64,000 nt of DNA. Origin: Antedon mediterranea (taxonomy: Eukaryota > Animalia > Echinodermata). Positions 49,801-61,425 of this stretch are shown here, piece by piece. The DNA lies in assembly GCF_964355755.1 (NCBI RefSeq), contig NC_092673.1, forward strand, positions 4,030,001 to 4,094,000, given 5' to 3'. The notes under the pieces are model-generated. The model was not told where the DNA came from. It saw only the letters and a list, made by a program, of their open reading frames with translations, and searched no databases. A program made the translations under genes and the position numbers. The number at the start of each line of letters is the position of its first letter. Position 1 is the stretch's first letter.

Positions 49801-50987
49801 GATTTCTAAATATGTTCATATATTTTTTCTTTGCCCCATTATTAATAAATGATTTTTTTTATTGATGCATAAAGTTCTGTCTTCACTATCAAACGTTATG
49901 TGACAAAAAAATGTGATGTGCCCATATATAGACATGATGATGTCATATCACTGCCATCTTTGGGCATATCACTACCATTATTTGGGCACACTTTTTTTGT
50001 CAAACTAGTTTGATAGTCTAGACAGAGCTTTAGTTAAAAACTGTAATTATTTATACAAATAATTTGTTATTATTTGTAGCCAGCTGACATGGGATCAGAC
50101 AATGTTGTGATAAACTGTAGGACTGGAGACAGCAATCCACGTTTCCAGTGCCATAGCTCTGATGCATGTGAAACATTTAGTGACTCACAGTTGATGCCAA
50201 CATTAATTGAACCAAAAGGTGGTTGCCAGGTTAGTTTTTTTTTTCACCCATTTCAGGATTCCACTTACTAATATAGTAAAATGCATTCAACATACAGATT
50301 CTGTGCCTGATTGTTGTCAGTCAACTAGCTGGGGCTAAATCAAATAAAAATTTATCGAGCGATCCCATTTTTGGAGTTTTGTAATGACTTGCGGCAAGTC
50401 TACCTTGCACCCTGCATAGCTGTGAACTATGTCCATGTTCAACAAGTTTGTATTATTTGATTTGGTCACTACCAGTGATGTAGTCACAATATAAGTGGTC
50501 CGGTTTTCGCAATAAAAGGAAACAATCTCTGTTGAAGCCACTGGGTTGTCAAAGGCCTCTGTGAAAAAGAGGTCAGGTTGAAACCTTACCCGCCATACTG
50601 GTGGCTACGGCCCTGACTACTGCTTAATTTCCCAAGTTACATAGGGCCTAGTTATTAAAATAATGTATGTATTATTTGTAGGGGAGCATTATTGGTTTTA
50701 AAGCAAACGATTCGAAGCTTCCTGAAGACCCTGAACGCTGGGCACTGTTTAGTAATCCAGCGAACAGCAAATCGAGGAAGAACCTTTCAGTGCGTTTAAG
50801 CAAGGGCCAATGCCAGAATTGGTATGACCCTCCAAACATAGTCATCGAACGTCATGGTTCTGCTTACTCAGATTTGGCAGCATTCATTCAAGACGGTGAG
50901 CAAAAGTTTGCGTGTCTTTTTGAACGTAATAAGACATCGAGACGACGATATATTGAGTTTACGACCTTTACACTTGGTAAAGTGTAA
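37897..50987 (+). CDS. Sialidase (NEU2/3/4-like), paralog C, coding sequence apparently identical to B
   Basis: Exons 37897-37927, 42639-42659, 43026-43071, 43435-43605, 44332-44564, 45051-45137, 49511-49644, 50080-50229, 50682-50987. Confidence 0.88.
38779..40253. mobile_element. Foldback element with 21-bp palindromic minisatellite, unit C
   Basis: Copy of 17421-18895 with two substitutions in one unit near 39920. Confidence 0.88.
47018..48871. mobile_element. Academ-like palindromic element, unit C
   Basis: Copy of 26290-28143. Confidence 0.8.
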
Positions 50988-53215
50988 AGGACTAGCCAAC
51001 ACTTGCTCTTCTTTCTTGACCTCATTTACCTACAAATATAATAGGTCATTAACTTACCAAGTTACTCTTTAACTGACCTAGTTACTCTTTAGCTGACCTA
51101 GTTACTCTTTAGCTGACCCAGATACTCTTTAGCTGACCTAGTTACTCATTAGCTGACCTAGTTACTCTTTAGCTGACCTAGTTATTCATTAGCTGACCTA
51201 GTTACTCATTAGCTGACCTAGTTACTCTTTAGCTGACCAAGAATGCCTTCTTGCCCCAGGGCATTTACCCATGAAAGGCTAAACTATTTAAGCCTGGAAG
51301 TTAACATTCTTGGATGGTTGTTATATGACAATCACAGCATTGATTCTATGTTATTCTATGTATATTAATTATATAATTATTTTAGCGTTTTAAAAGGACA
51401 GAACTGGAATGACATATATTTATAATTGCTGGACGGTTTAAAATTATATAAATATACAGTAGATTTATGCTGTGTAATTGTACTTATCTTGCAATTGAAT
51501 TAAAGTTGATATACTGTAACTACCTCAAATTGGACATCATGTATCGTATTGTTGTTTGACTATTAAAATACACTTTAATTACTAGTACTTATTTTTGTTG
51601 AAACTAAATTATGCAGTAAGTAAATTACAGTATGACAAGCATAAATCATGAAATTAAAAATTCACTTATTAAACATGATGAAATAAAGATCAATTATGAA
51701 CATGGTTAGTGTTTTTGTATCTTATTCATATTTTATTCCAGTTGAGCTTTCTCATTTCAATTGAATCTTGTTTTATTTTCCACTATATTGGTGGACTTTT
51801 TTGATGTTTGTGTACTTAATTTATCTTAACAGCAAATAGAATTTGCAATACAGAATATAGCTTTATTATTTACTTTTATAGTACTGTATTATACAGGTAT
51901 TAAAATTATTTAAAAATAAATTACAAAACATTATTTTTCAATTTTTACTGAACACCAAAAAGTGTTTATATTATTTCTAAAAAATATAATACATATTCCT
52001 TTGCACTTTGAGAGTTTGGTGTAATGGTTATGTATCCACAGTCACAGTTGAGATCGCTGGTTCAAGTCCCGCTGAGATTTTTTAAAATTATTATTAGGTC
52101 TATTATTTTTTTATTTCTTTTTTCTGACCCTTCAAAATTTAACCACAATTATATGATGAGTCATTGTTCATTGTGGCTAAGTTTGGTGAGAATCGGATAA
52201 AATTTGAACTCGTCCGAGCTTTTGGGGTATAGATCACTGTTTCCAAATTTGGTGAGAATCGGATGAAAACTGTGGCCTCCAGGCTGTTCACAGACACACA
52301 CACACACACACCCACCCACACAAACATACAGGGGTGAAAACATAACCTCCTTGGCGGAGGTAATAATATAAAAAACAGTACTATGATGTCTTAGTGATCA
52401 TAATAGGAAATACAAAGTTAGTATATTTAACTTGCACTGGCTTTTAAAAGCTGCACTATATACTGTATTTCAAAGCATTTTTTGTCTTGATTGTTGCTTT
52501 AGAGCCTGTCCTGAATATATTTATTGCTATGCATGTCAATTTGACTTTTATAACTCCATGCGTTTGCTTTTATAGGATATACAGTATTATGTATATTCTT
52601 TTTTAAAGACATCTTTACACTAATAAATGTCGATTACTGTTGTACTTCTTTTTGAATCTGATTATTCTAATGGCAAGTTGACATGATTACTACCATTACA
52701 ATAATGTACTGTAAAGGTAAAGGTCCTGTATTAAATTCTGAACATAAGCCTCGGCATTATGTGGTAGGGTGGCCAGTTTCTTTCCACAGCACCTTGTCCT
52801 CCCTAGTATTTTCAACCAAGTACTCATTTACAGCTGAGTAGACTGGGAGTTGTCAAGAATGGAACCCAAGTCTATCTGTATGACAGTCAAGTGTCCTAAC
52901 CACTCAAATACAGTACCTAACTGTACTGTGTAATAGCTAGAAACCATAGTATTACAAGATTTAAAGTCAATTTCAAATCAATTGGATATAAATTATTAGT
53001 ACTGATGTATATATGCGACCTGAGTATTGAATCTCCCCGTCCCTTATAATACCACAACCACAACCCTCTTGAAGATCCATGATCCTGTGCAATACAAGGA
53101 CTGCAACATGAGTACTGCAAGTACCCACAAATTCTAAATATGCATTATTTATATACTCTGTTGATATTCTGTATATCTCTGGATTAATTTGAATGGTTGT
53201 CTTGAATTCCTTGTA

Positions 53216-56200
53216 CTAATTTGGTTCCGATGGATGTCTCTCAATTGCTTTTGGCAAGGTTTCTCCAGCAGGCCCTTTGAAGTGGAAACTGCAATAAACG
53301 TAATTTACATAAATAAACATTCTAATAAACCAGAGACCACTATTAACATCTATTTTTATCTCCATTATCAAGCCATGGCTGTTCACAAGACAAACATATA
53401 CAGAAGATGCTCTACATATATAGCCTTCAGGCTAACATAATGTATGCCAGAGCCCTTCGATTGGTAGCGAAGCCACAACTCAACTTGATTGACTCAGTAC
53501 TTACTGAAATCGGCTTGTTGCCGGAGTATCTTCCAAGTTAAACTCGGCAGTTGGCACCTTGCTATCGTACGGCCTAAAGGCAGCAGCAGGGTACACAACA
53601 GATGAGGTGCCCACCTAGAGAAATGATAAATACATTTCATAAACATATTGTAGGCATGATCGAATGTTGTCACTTCAGCTATCAACCCTAAAGCTCTGTC
53701 TACACTATCAAACTAGTTGGGCAAAAAAAGTGTGATGTGCCCAAATATGGTAGTGATATGCTAAAATATGGTAGTGATATGACATCATCGCCCTATATGG
53801 GCACATCACATTGTTTTGTCACATAAAGTTTGATAGTGTAGACAGAGCTTAATATGAATACGTAGACTTGTGATTTCTCTCACCCATCTTTGAAGAAAGA
53901 GCTGTGCCATTGTTTAAGAGGAATTGGTAAAATGAAGAAACGAATAGAAGGCTCCAAAATGTAATTATATAATAACTTAAGTTTCTTTTTTTTTGCTAAA
54001 ACCTTTTCTTCTATTGAAATGATTAAAATAATCTGTTTTGATTACTATAAATAGTAAATAAGAGGCGTTTTACTACAAATGATTGAAAATCACCTACCAC
54101 CAAATAAAGATCGCATTTTTCAAGATGTTTCTCAATTTCCATTAGTGTGTCTGGACAAAGTGGTTCACCAAACCAGACAACGTCGGGCCTGGTGAGTGCT
54201 GAACATTCACCGCACCTGAAGAGAAAAATATTCATGCCATCTATATTAAAATTATGCAGGGAACAATGATTCTGAAAACTAGTTGGACAAAAAATGTGTG
54301 ATGCACCCAAATATGGTAGTGATATGCTTCAATATGGTAGTGATATGACATCATCACATCTACACATCACATTTTTTTGTCACATAAAGTTTGATAGTGT
54401 AGACAGAGCTTTACATTAGTAAGTCATTTGTACCTGAGGCTTATAATGTTGATATTCGCAAAGGCACCCCCCAATCACCTTCCCACTTGCATTATATCAG
54501 TCTCATGACCCCTCTTTTGAAGTTTGTGTATAATTTGTGTTGTCTGGCACTACATACAGTATATTACCACTATCAGTAGGAATGTTTACCTTGGTAAATC
54601 TTCTACAGGTATTCTGTCACCTTTTGCATTTGGATCTGGTGAACTTTTAAAAAAGATAAAGAACAAGATTAGCAAAATATACTACTGATAAATAGATCAT
54701 TTATTAAGAACAGTGTGAAATCTATTGGCAGCCATGACAAAAATACATAGAAATTTATACAGGTTTAACAACATAGGATTCTTTGTAAAGTAATATTATT
54801 ATTGAAATATAATATACTACTTACCCTCTACCAGCAAGAGCAGGAACTATGGGATTGTTGTAATTGCTGAGAATAATACCACATTTTGTACATCTGGTCT
54901 TGTATAGAGATCCTACAAAAATAGCAAAAGTAAATAAAAATATATTTAGTTAGCACATTTATTTATTCACCAATAGCAAATGAATTAGAGCAAACAAAAA
55001 TAGCTTTTTGCCCCATACTAACAAATACATTGTATACAGTATGAACAATAGCAATGAAATAGATATAACAATATATAGTATATATAAATATACTAAGTGA
55101 AAAAATATGATTGCTTTCCATTAAATGTGTTCAATGCCAAACAAATAAAAGAGTTCCTATTTATTCTGAAAATCACTATCGGCATGGTTATCTGTGCAAA
55201 TAGCACAATCATGCATGATATTTACTATTTTCTATGCAGTGGACTGTACTGGATAGAACGGGGATAAAAAAACAGAATTAAGAAGAATGGTGGAACTTGC
55301 CAATAGAAAACTATTACAATTTTGCTGGTGATAGTCTCAAGTTATTCTAAATAGCGGAGCTGTAGCTTGGTGATTAACATGCTTGCCTTCTAATCCCAAG
55401 GTCTATGGTTCAATCCTTACCTATGTGCCAGGGTTGTAACTCATGACTCTTTCAACTCCGTTCGCTAAGCCTCAAATGAGACATACAGAGTTTATAAGCG
55501 CGATAAATTAAAAAATAGTTCATCCATTCTGTAACTGCTTGCTGATGGATGAAAAAAAAAATAAATAGGAACAAATTAAATGGACTACTGTACCAACCAT
55601 GAATCTCTAAGACTTTTAAAGATCCAGCACGGCGATGAAGTTCATCAATGTTCTGTGTGATAACAACAACTGTTCGTCCTTGTCTTGCAAGTCGTGCCTC
55701 ACATTCTGCTATAGCCTTAGAACAAGATTAGTTTATCATACCTTAATGTACAGTTATAAAAATCTTTGTGCCCAAATATTTGTTTCTAATTATTTAGCAG
55801 TATTGGCAATTTATTTTGATATTGCACTTACAATGTGTGCCTTGTTTGGCTCCTTCGATGCAGCTACTTCACGACGATGGCTATAAAACTCCCACACAAG
55901 TGATGGATTATCCGCAAAGGCAGTAGGACTGACTAAATCCTGTTTTTAAAAAAAGGAAGTAATCAAGATTTGTATTGTGACTGTCACATGATGATGAAGT
56001 ATCTTATTGTGATTTTGAAATTTGAAATTATTGTGAAACATTAATTAAATCTATAATTTATACAAGAAACATTGATATTACTGATTTACAACTTCAGAGG
56101 TATTAGCACTTAATTTATACCGTTTAAATTTGTGTGTTATGCGCAATTCTGAATATGAACAATTCTGGAAAAATCCTTGCCTGAGCACGGTAGGTTCTCC

Positions 56201-56444
56201 AGAGTCCTCCAGCTCCTCTAAAAGTTGGGATGCCACTCTCTGCACTACACCCTGCTCCTGTCATTACAACAATGTGTTTTGCTTTCTGGAAATATTCACG
56301 AAAAGTAGCATAGTCTGAACTTGGACGAGGAGATACCATTTTTACTTGTATTGCTGTTGTCAGGAGATATCTCGAATGGAAGTTAGATAGGCCTATCAAT
56401 TTACACAAATATTTCATTTTCCGGGTTACGTATTGGAAGTTCAT
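53216..56444 (-). CDS. SIRT5: NAD-dependent protein deacylase sirtuin-5 (intact copy), 8 exons, 301-310 aa
   Basis: Exons 56444 (or 56417)-56181, 55939-55832, 55715-55598, 54912-54825, 54643-54590, 54215-54098, 53614-53505, 53288-53216. Motifs [23 protein letters not shown] (Tyr/Arg pair of desuccinylases), [20 protein letters not shown] zinc ligands, [28 protein letters not shown]. Intron 1 needs a GC donor. Confidence 0.93.
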
Positions 56445-56560
56445 TCATCGATAGTTGATATCAATCGATTTTTCATATCGCGATCGCTGAGGGCGTCATC
56501 AATGTTGTTATTGATCTTTTTTGTGGTTGCTGGTGGCGTGTAATTTGTGAAATCGTGGGT
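56445..56560. promoter_or_regulatory. Candidate bidirectional promoter between SIRT5 and TMEM230
   Basis: Short CpG-enriched patch (ATCGATAG, ATCGAT, TATCGCGATCGC) in AT-rich DNA between head-to-head genes; TMEM230's first coding exon is preceded by an acceptor (~57158), implying an upstream UTR exon. Confidence 0.4.
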
Positions 56561-57222
56561 ATTTTTATCATGTTTTTGACAAATTTCAATTAACTTTATT
56601 GTAATAATAGTCGGTTAGTTATGTACTTATGTACATTCATTATATATGGTAGGAAAATTTGAATAAAAACGTGGTTAGTAGTGCAAATTTACAACAAAAA
56701 TAGTCTAGCCTAGGCCTAGCCTAGTTAGGCCCTAGTTTAGTAGGCTATCTATCTATCTACTACGCTATAGTGCCGGCCGTGAGCTTTTACCTAAACCAGT
56801 TTAAGCATTGTCAATAGGTCAAAGGCCACGGATATGATATATATTGGAACTTGTTATTATTGAAGGTTTTAGACCTGTAATAATATTAGGCTTAGCCTAA
56901 AATATGTGACATTCTAATTTAACTTTTGTTAAATAATTCTCAAAGAACAAAAAAATCATTGAAAATGAAGATGACCAGAAAGTGAAACAACTAAATTAAT
57001 ATATAATAATAGTATGGTCAGTTTAACATTATTTTTATTTTATAGTTTACAGTATTTAGTTTTTTCAGGATTAGGCCTGTTATTAATACTAGGAACTATT
57101 TTGTTTATTTTAAAAATTTATCCAAATTGTATTTTCATTTTTCTACCTCTATGGACAGGTCTTGTAACGCAACAGCTTTGTAAATTTTCATTCTGGATTC
57201 ATTTAAGAAAAAAGAAGTAGAG

Positions 57223-57977
57223 ATGACGAAGAAGAATGCCAACGATAGCAGCTTGAAATATGTGCGTATGAAGAATGAGAGTGAGTTCTCTGATCTCCAA
57301 GTAAGTTATTAACGTAGTGGGTAAGAAAAACAATCTTTCAAACTAACATTATTTTGCTTAAAGCTCTGTCTACACTATCAACCTTTATGTGGAAGAATGT
57401 TGTGATGTGCCCATATTTGGACATGATGATGTCATATCACTACCATATTTAAGCATATCACTACCATATTTGGACACATCACACTTTTTTTGTCAAACTA
57501 GTTTGATAGTGTAGACAGAGCTTAAGAGCAATTTTACTGACAGAGTATTGTCAAATAAGTGCAGTAATATTCTATGTTAATGAGCTTGAGTATCACCCAT
57601 ATATATTATATGAACATGTATTGATATTGATTGATTGATTGATTGATTGACTATATATTGATTCCACTTTACTTACTTTGAATTTTCTTTTATATTGTTT
57701 GTAGTGGAAGACTCTTGATGAACCAAAGATCCCTAAAAGGTCCATTCTCATTGCCTTCCTTCTGTTTGTGATGGGAACCATTTTGTTAACAGTCGGAGTC
57801 CTTCTGTTTACCAACACATGGTTTGACGTCAAATACCACGATCGTACTTGGCCAGTGATAGTCATCGGATGTATCCTGTTCATTCCTGGTGCTTACCACG
57901 TCCGTCTAGCTTACTACGCTTACAAGGGATATAAAGGTTACAAGTTTGATGACATACCAGATTATGATGATGAGTGA
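57223..57977 (+). CDS. TMEM230: Transmembrane protein 230, 2 coding exons, 116 aa
   Basis: Exons 57223-57300 and 57705-57977: MTKK...FSDLQ|WKTLDEPKIP, two hydrophobic segments, and the family C-terminus FIPGAYHVRLAYYAYKGYKGYKFDDIPDYDDE. Confidence 0.92.
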
Positions 57978-60900
57978 TGGTGAACCAGTGACTGCATCTA
58001 CTTCAACATCTATATTAAGTCTAAGCCCATAGCCAGGATTGGGAAGGAGGGTTCAAGTGGTCACACAAACCCCTTTTTTCTGAAGTGCCCTTTTCAAAAT
58101 GGAGACCAGAAGCAAGAATGCTAGTAAACAGCTTAAAGGTCAAGATGATTTTTCCCCCTTTTGTAAAAACATAACCTTCCTGTAATAATCCTGGCTACAG
58201 TCCTGAAGTCTACTGTAACGTATATCATTATTAAAAGTAGAATACATTTCAGTTTATTATAGGAAAAGATGCAGATTAATTAAATTTAAAGGGAAGTGGT
58301 TCACCTGTGCTCGGCATTATGCAAATTTTACACACACATTTTAAATACAGTGCTATCAGCCTGTAGTAAAGTAATACATTCCATGCAATAAACTTGCTTA
58401 CAATGTTAATTCATTTTGTCAGTAACAGTTAAACCACTTTTCATTTAAAGCTCTGTCTGTCTACACTATCAAACTTTATGTGACAAAATGTAATGTGCCC
58501 ATATATAGACATGATGTCATATCACTACCATATTTGGACATATCGCTACCATATTTGGGCACATTAACACTTTTTTTTATAGTGTTGTCAGAGCTTACAC
58601 AAGGTTTAGTATACATAAACCAAAAGATTTTATCTATCATACTTTGTTATCAGTGAGTGCCTTATGTTTATTTATTAAGTGCAATTTTAACATTTTGTAA
58701 GCATCATTGTTTTTCCAATATTTTATCGATATTTAAGTCTGGTATAATGTGTTTAGTCAATTGTGATGATTATTCTAACTGTAATTTTTTATACAAGGTA
58801 TTGCGTAAAAATACTAGTGTTTTACTTATTTCAGGTCAAGAGTCCTATCACATTAGGTCATTTCCAACAATTATTACGTAATTAGGTATTGAAGAAATTA
58901 GTCAAACATGAATTTGCGAATTTGATGATTTTCATAGATATTTTTTTTTAATTGTTATTGTTTATTTGTCATCTCATATGAGTGATATATAGTCTCTCTG
59001 AAACATGAGCTTGTAAAAAGTGTCCAGTTTTTCTGGATAGTACAGTTTTAAAAATGCATTTGGCTACTGGATTTGTCTTTGCAGCACTCACAGTTTGAAA
59101 AGAGGTGACTAATCTGATAAAAACAAAAGTCAGGAAATTTATCTTTAAGATTTTTATTAATATCAACACAATTATAGAGATATAAATTAATACAAAATGG
59201 AACTACAGTACTCAAGCAATGACTTAAGAAAAAGTATATAACGTTTATAATCAGGAAGGAATGAATAAATGTGATAATGTTTATAAAATTAGGAATAGCT
59301 TATGTTTTGAGAGCAGAGCTCACTGTTTGCATATTGTGGCTCCTACATGGGTGGGCCTACAGTAGTTGGTTGTGAAGCCTCTCATTTCGATTTTTAAAAT
59401 CTACTTCACTACAAATCGGCCTAATTCTTAATATTCACTAATAATAGGTATTAATTATAGATTGTAGAATTTATTGGATTTGAAACGTTTTACTATGGTT
59501 TGTACATATTGAATACATAAAGAATTGGAAATTTACCATTAGTACAGTAAGTGTACTGTTAAGTACAGTAATTTTACTGCTTAGTACATAGTAATTGTAC
59601 TGTTTAGTACAGTAATTGTACTGTTTAGTACAGGCATGGCTTATTTCTCCATGGTACATTTTTCTTTAGAATGTGACGGACGTTTAAAATAGTCATGCTA
59701 CATTAGTAGTAAAATAAAATAAATCCCTTTAAACAAAATGTGTAAATTATATTGTAAATTATATATATTTTATATTCAAACTTTCATAAGGATTTCTGAA
59801 TACATATTGTAATTATTGTACGGTATATTATAATTACTAGTTTTACAACTATGTCAATATTTGTGTAACACATCGTGTGCGAAATAGATCAATATTATTG
59901 TGAAAATCAATACCTATGGTCAAATGTCAATTTATCTGTTTTTACAGAATACCTCAATGTCTTTGTCTCTGAATTAATAAACTTGGTGGGCTAATATCAC
60001 TTTGGGTGGGCTTATATAAAGGCCAGTATCATAATATCAAAGGTTATAAACACTAAAATCAAATTAACACATGTTTAAATATACATTTTAATAATGTGAA
60101 TAACTGAAAATAAAAAGTCTACACTATTTCAATAATTGTAATTCTGACGTAATTATGTGCCAATAAATATAACTGCTAACGTAATTGTATTTATTTATTT
60201 ACATTATTTTATATACTGTATCAAGGTATAAGTAAAATATTTTGAGTTAAATGGATAAAGATGGAAGATACATTTGCTGCATAATTGAATACAGTAATAC
60301 TGTTTTATTTTTACGTTGATATTTCAATCTTCTGTACCATATTTCACTTTCCATAATATGTTCCAATTTTTTTCCAGTTTGGCCTGGAAATGTTTCCCTG
60401 TATTTAATTTTTTTAGTACTTTATTTGAAATAACATACTTTATTTTTAATATATATTATTTTTCGTATAGGTATATGTAGAAAATCACTGGTATTTTATC
60501 ATTATGGTTCAAAATGGTTATTCTATAAAAATAGAATAGGAATTACTGTGTTACAACAATTTCAGGTAAGAACTTATGTACTTTATTTTTCAATTCAGTT
60601 TCCAATTTTTAATTAGTTATTTAAAACGTCAAATGTTAACATTCAACTTATGTAAGGAGAAGTTATTTTTATATCTCCATGTATAAGGTGCCAGTTTTAA
60701 ATCTATTAACCCTAGCCTTACCAAATATTGTTGGCACAATATGTGTTCCTCATTTCCCAGACACAAATTGTCATGGCAATAAATTATACATTGTAATCAT
60801 TACATTATTATGTTATAAACACGCTTTATATCTTATAAGTCCTTACAAATTAAAAATTTATATTTTAATCTTAAACAAATGTATAATATTTTTTTAAAAA

Positions 60901-61425
60901 ACCAAAAGAAAATAATTACATAAATTACTGTTTACTGTCTCCCACAAGATTCACATTATAACAAAAATTGTTGCATGTGAGTATTTCCTATAAATGTCAA
61001 CTTGCAGTAAAATATTGTATCTATAGCCCTGTCTACACTATTAAACTTTATGTGACAAAAAAATGTGCCCATATATGGACATGATATGTCATATCACTAC
61101 CATATTTGAGCATATCACATCACACTTTTTTTGTCAAACAAGTTTGATTGTGTAGACAGAGCTTAATAGATTAATTAAAGTCGTTTATCTATTGTTATCC
61201 TATATATATTCTATTTCTTGGTCAATAGGCATTACCTGTCTCCTGAGTGTATCATGGGACTACACCTGGTCCTTTAAGGATAATCTATTGTTTTGGTAAT
61301 TAACAGAATTGTACAAAATTTAAATTCTATTTATATAAGATAATGTACAAGTTATTGATTTTATTAAAATATTTGATAAAAATACTTATTCTTATACTGA
61401 TAAAAAAAAATTTCTAAAATCTCTT

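Larger units (their letters stand above)
35453..55709. repeat. Tandem segmental duplication, unit C
   Basis: Near-identical to unit B minus the 630-bp insertion; identity ends inside SIRT5 exon 3. Confidence 0.95.

Noticed and set aside
57593-57883. Antisense ORFs over real exons (also 13085-13306, 55635-55886, 56130-56318, 61751-62032, 1570-1854)
   Set aside because: Shadow frames of TMEM230, SIRT5, HSPA12 or Penelope coding sequence with no recognisable motifs.
58200-61400. Short ORFs between TMEM230 and HSPA12
   Set aside because: Very AT-rich, low-complexity translations with no splice-consistent structure; likely 3' UTR and intergenic DNA with MITEs.
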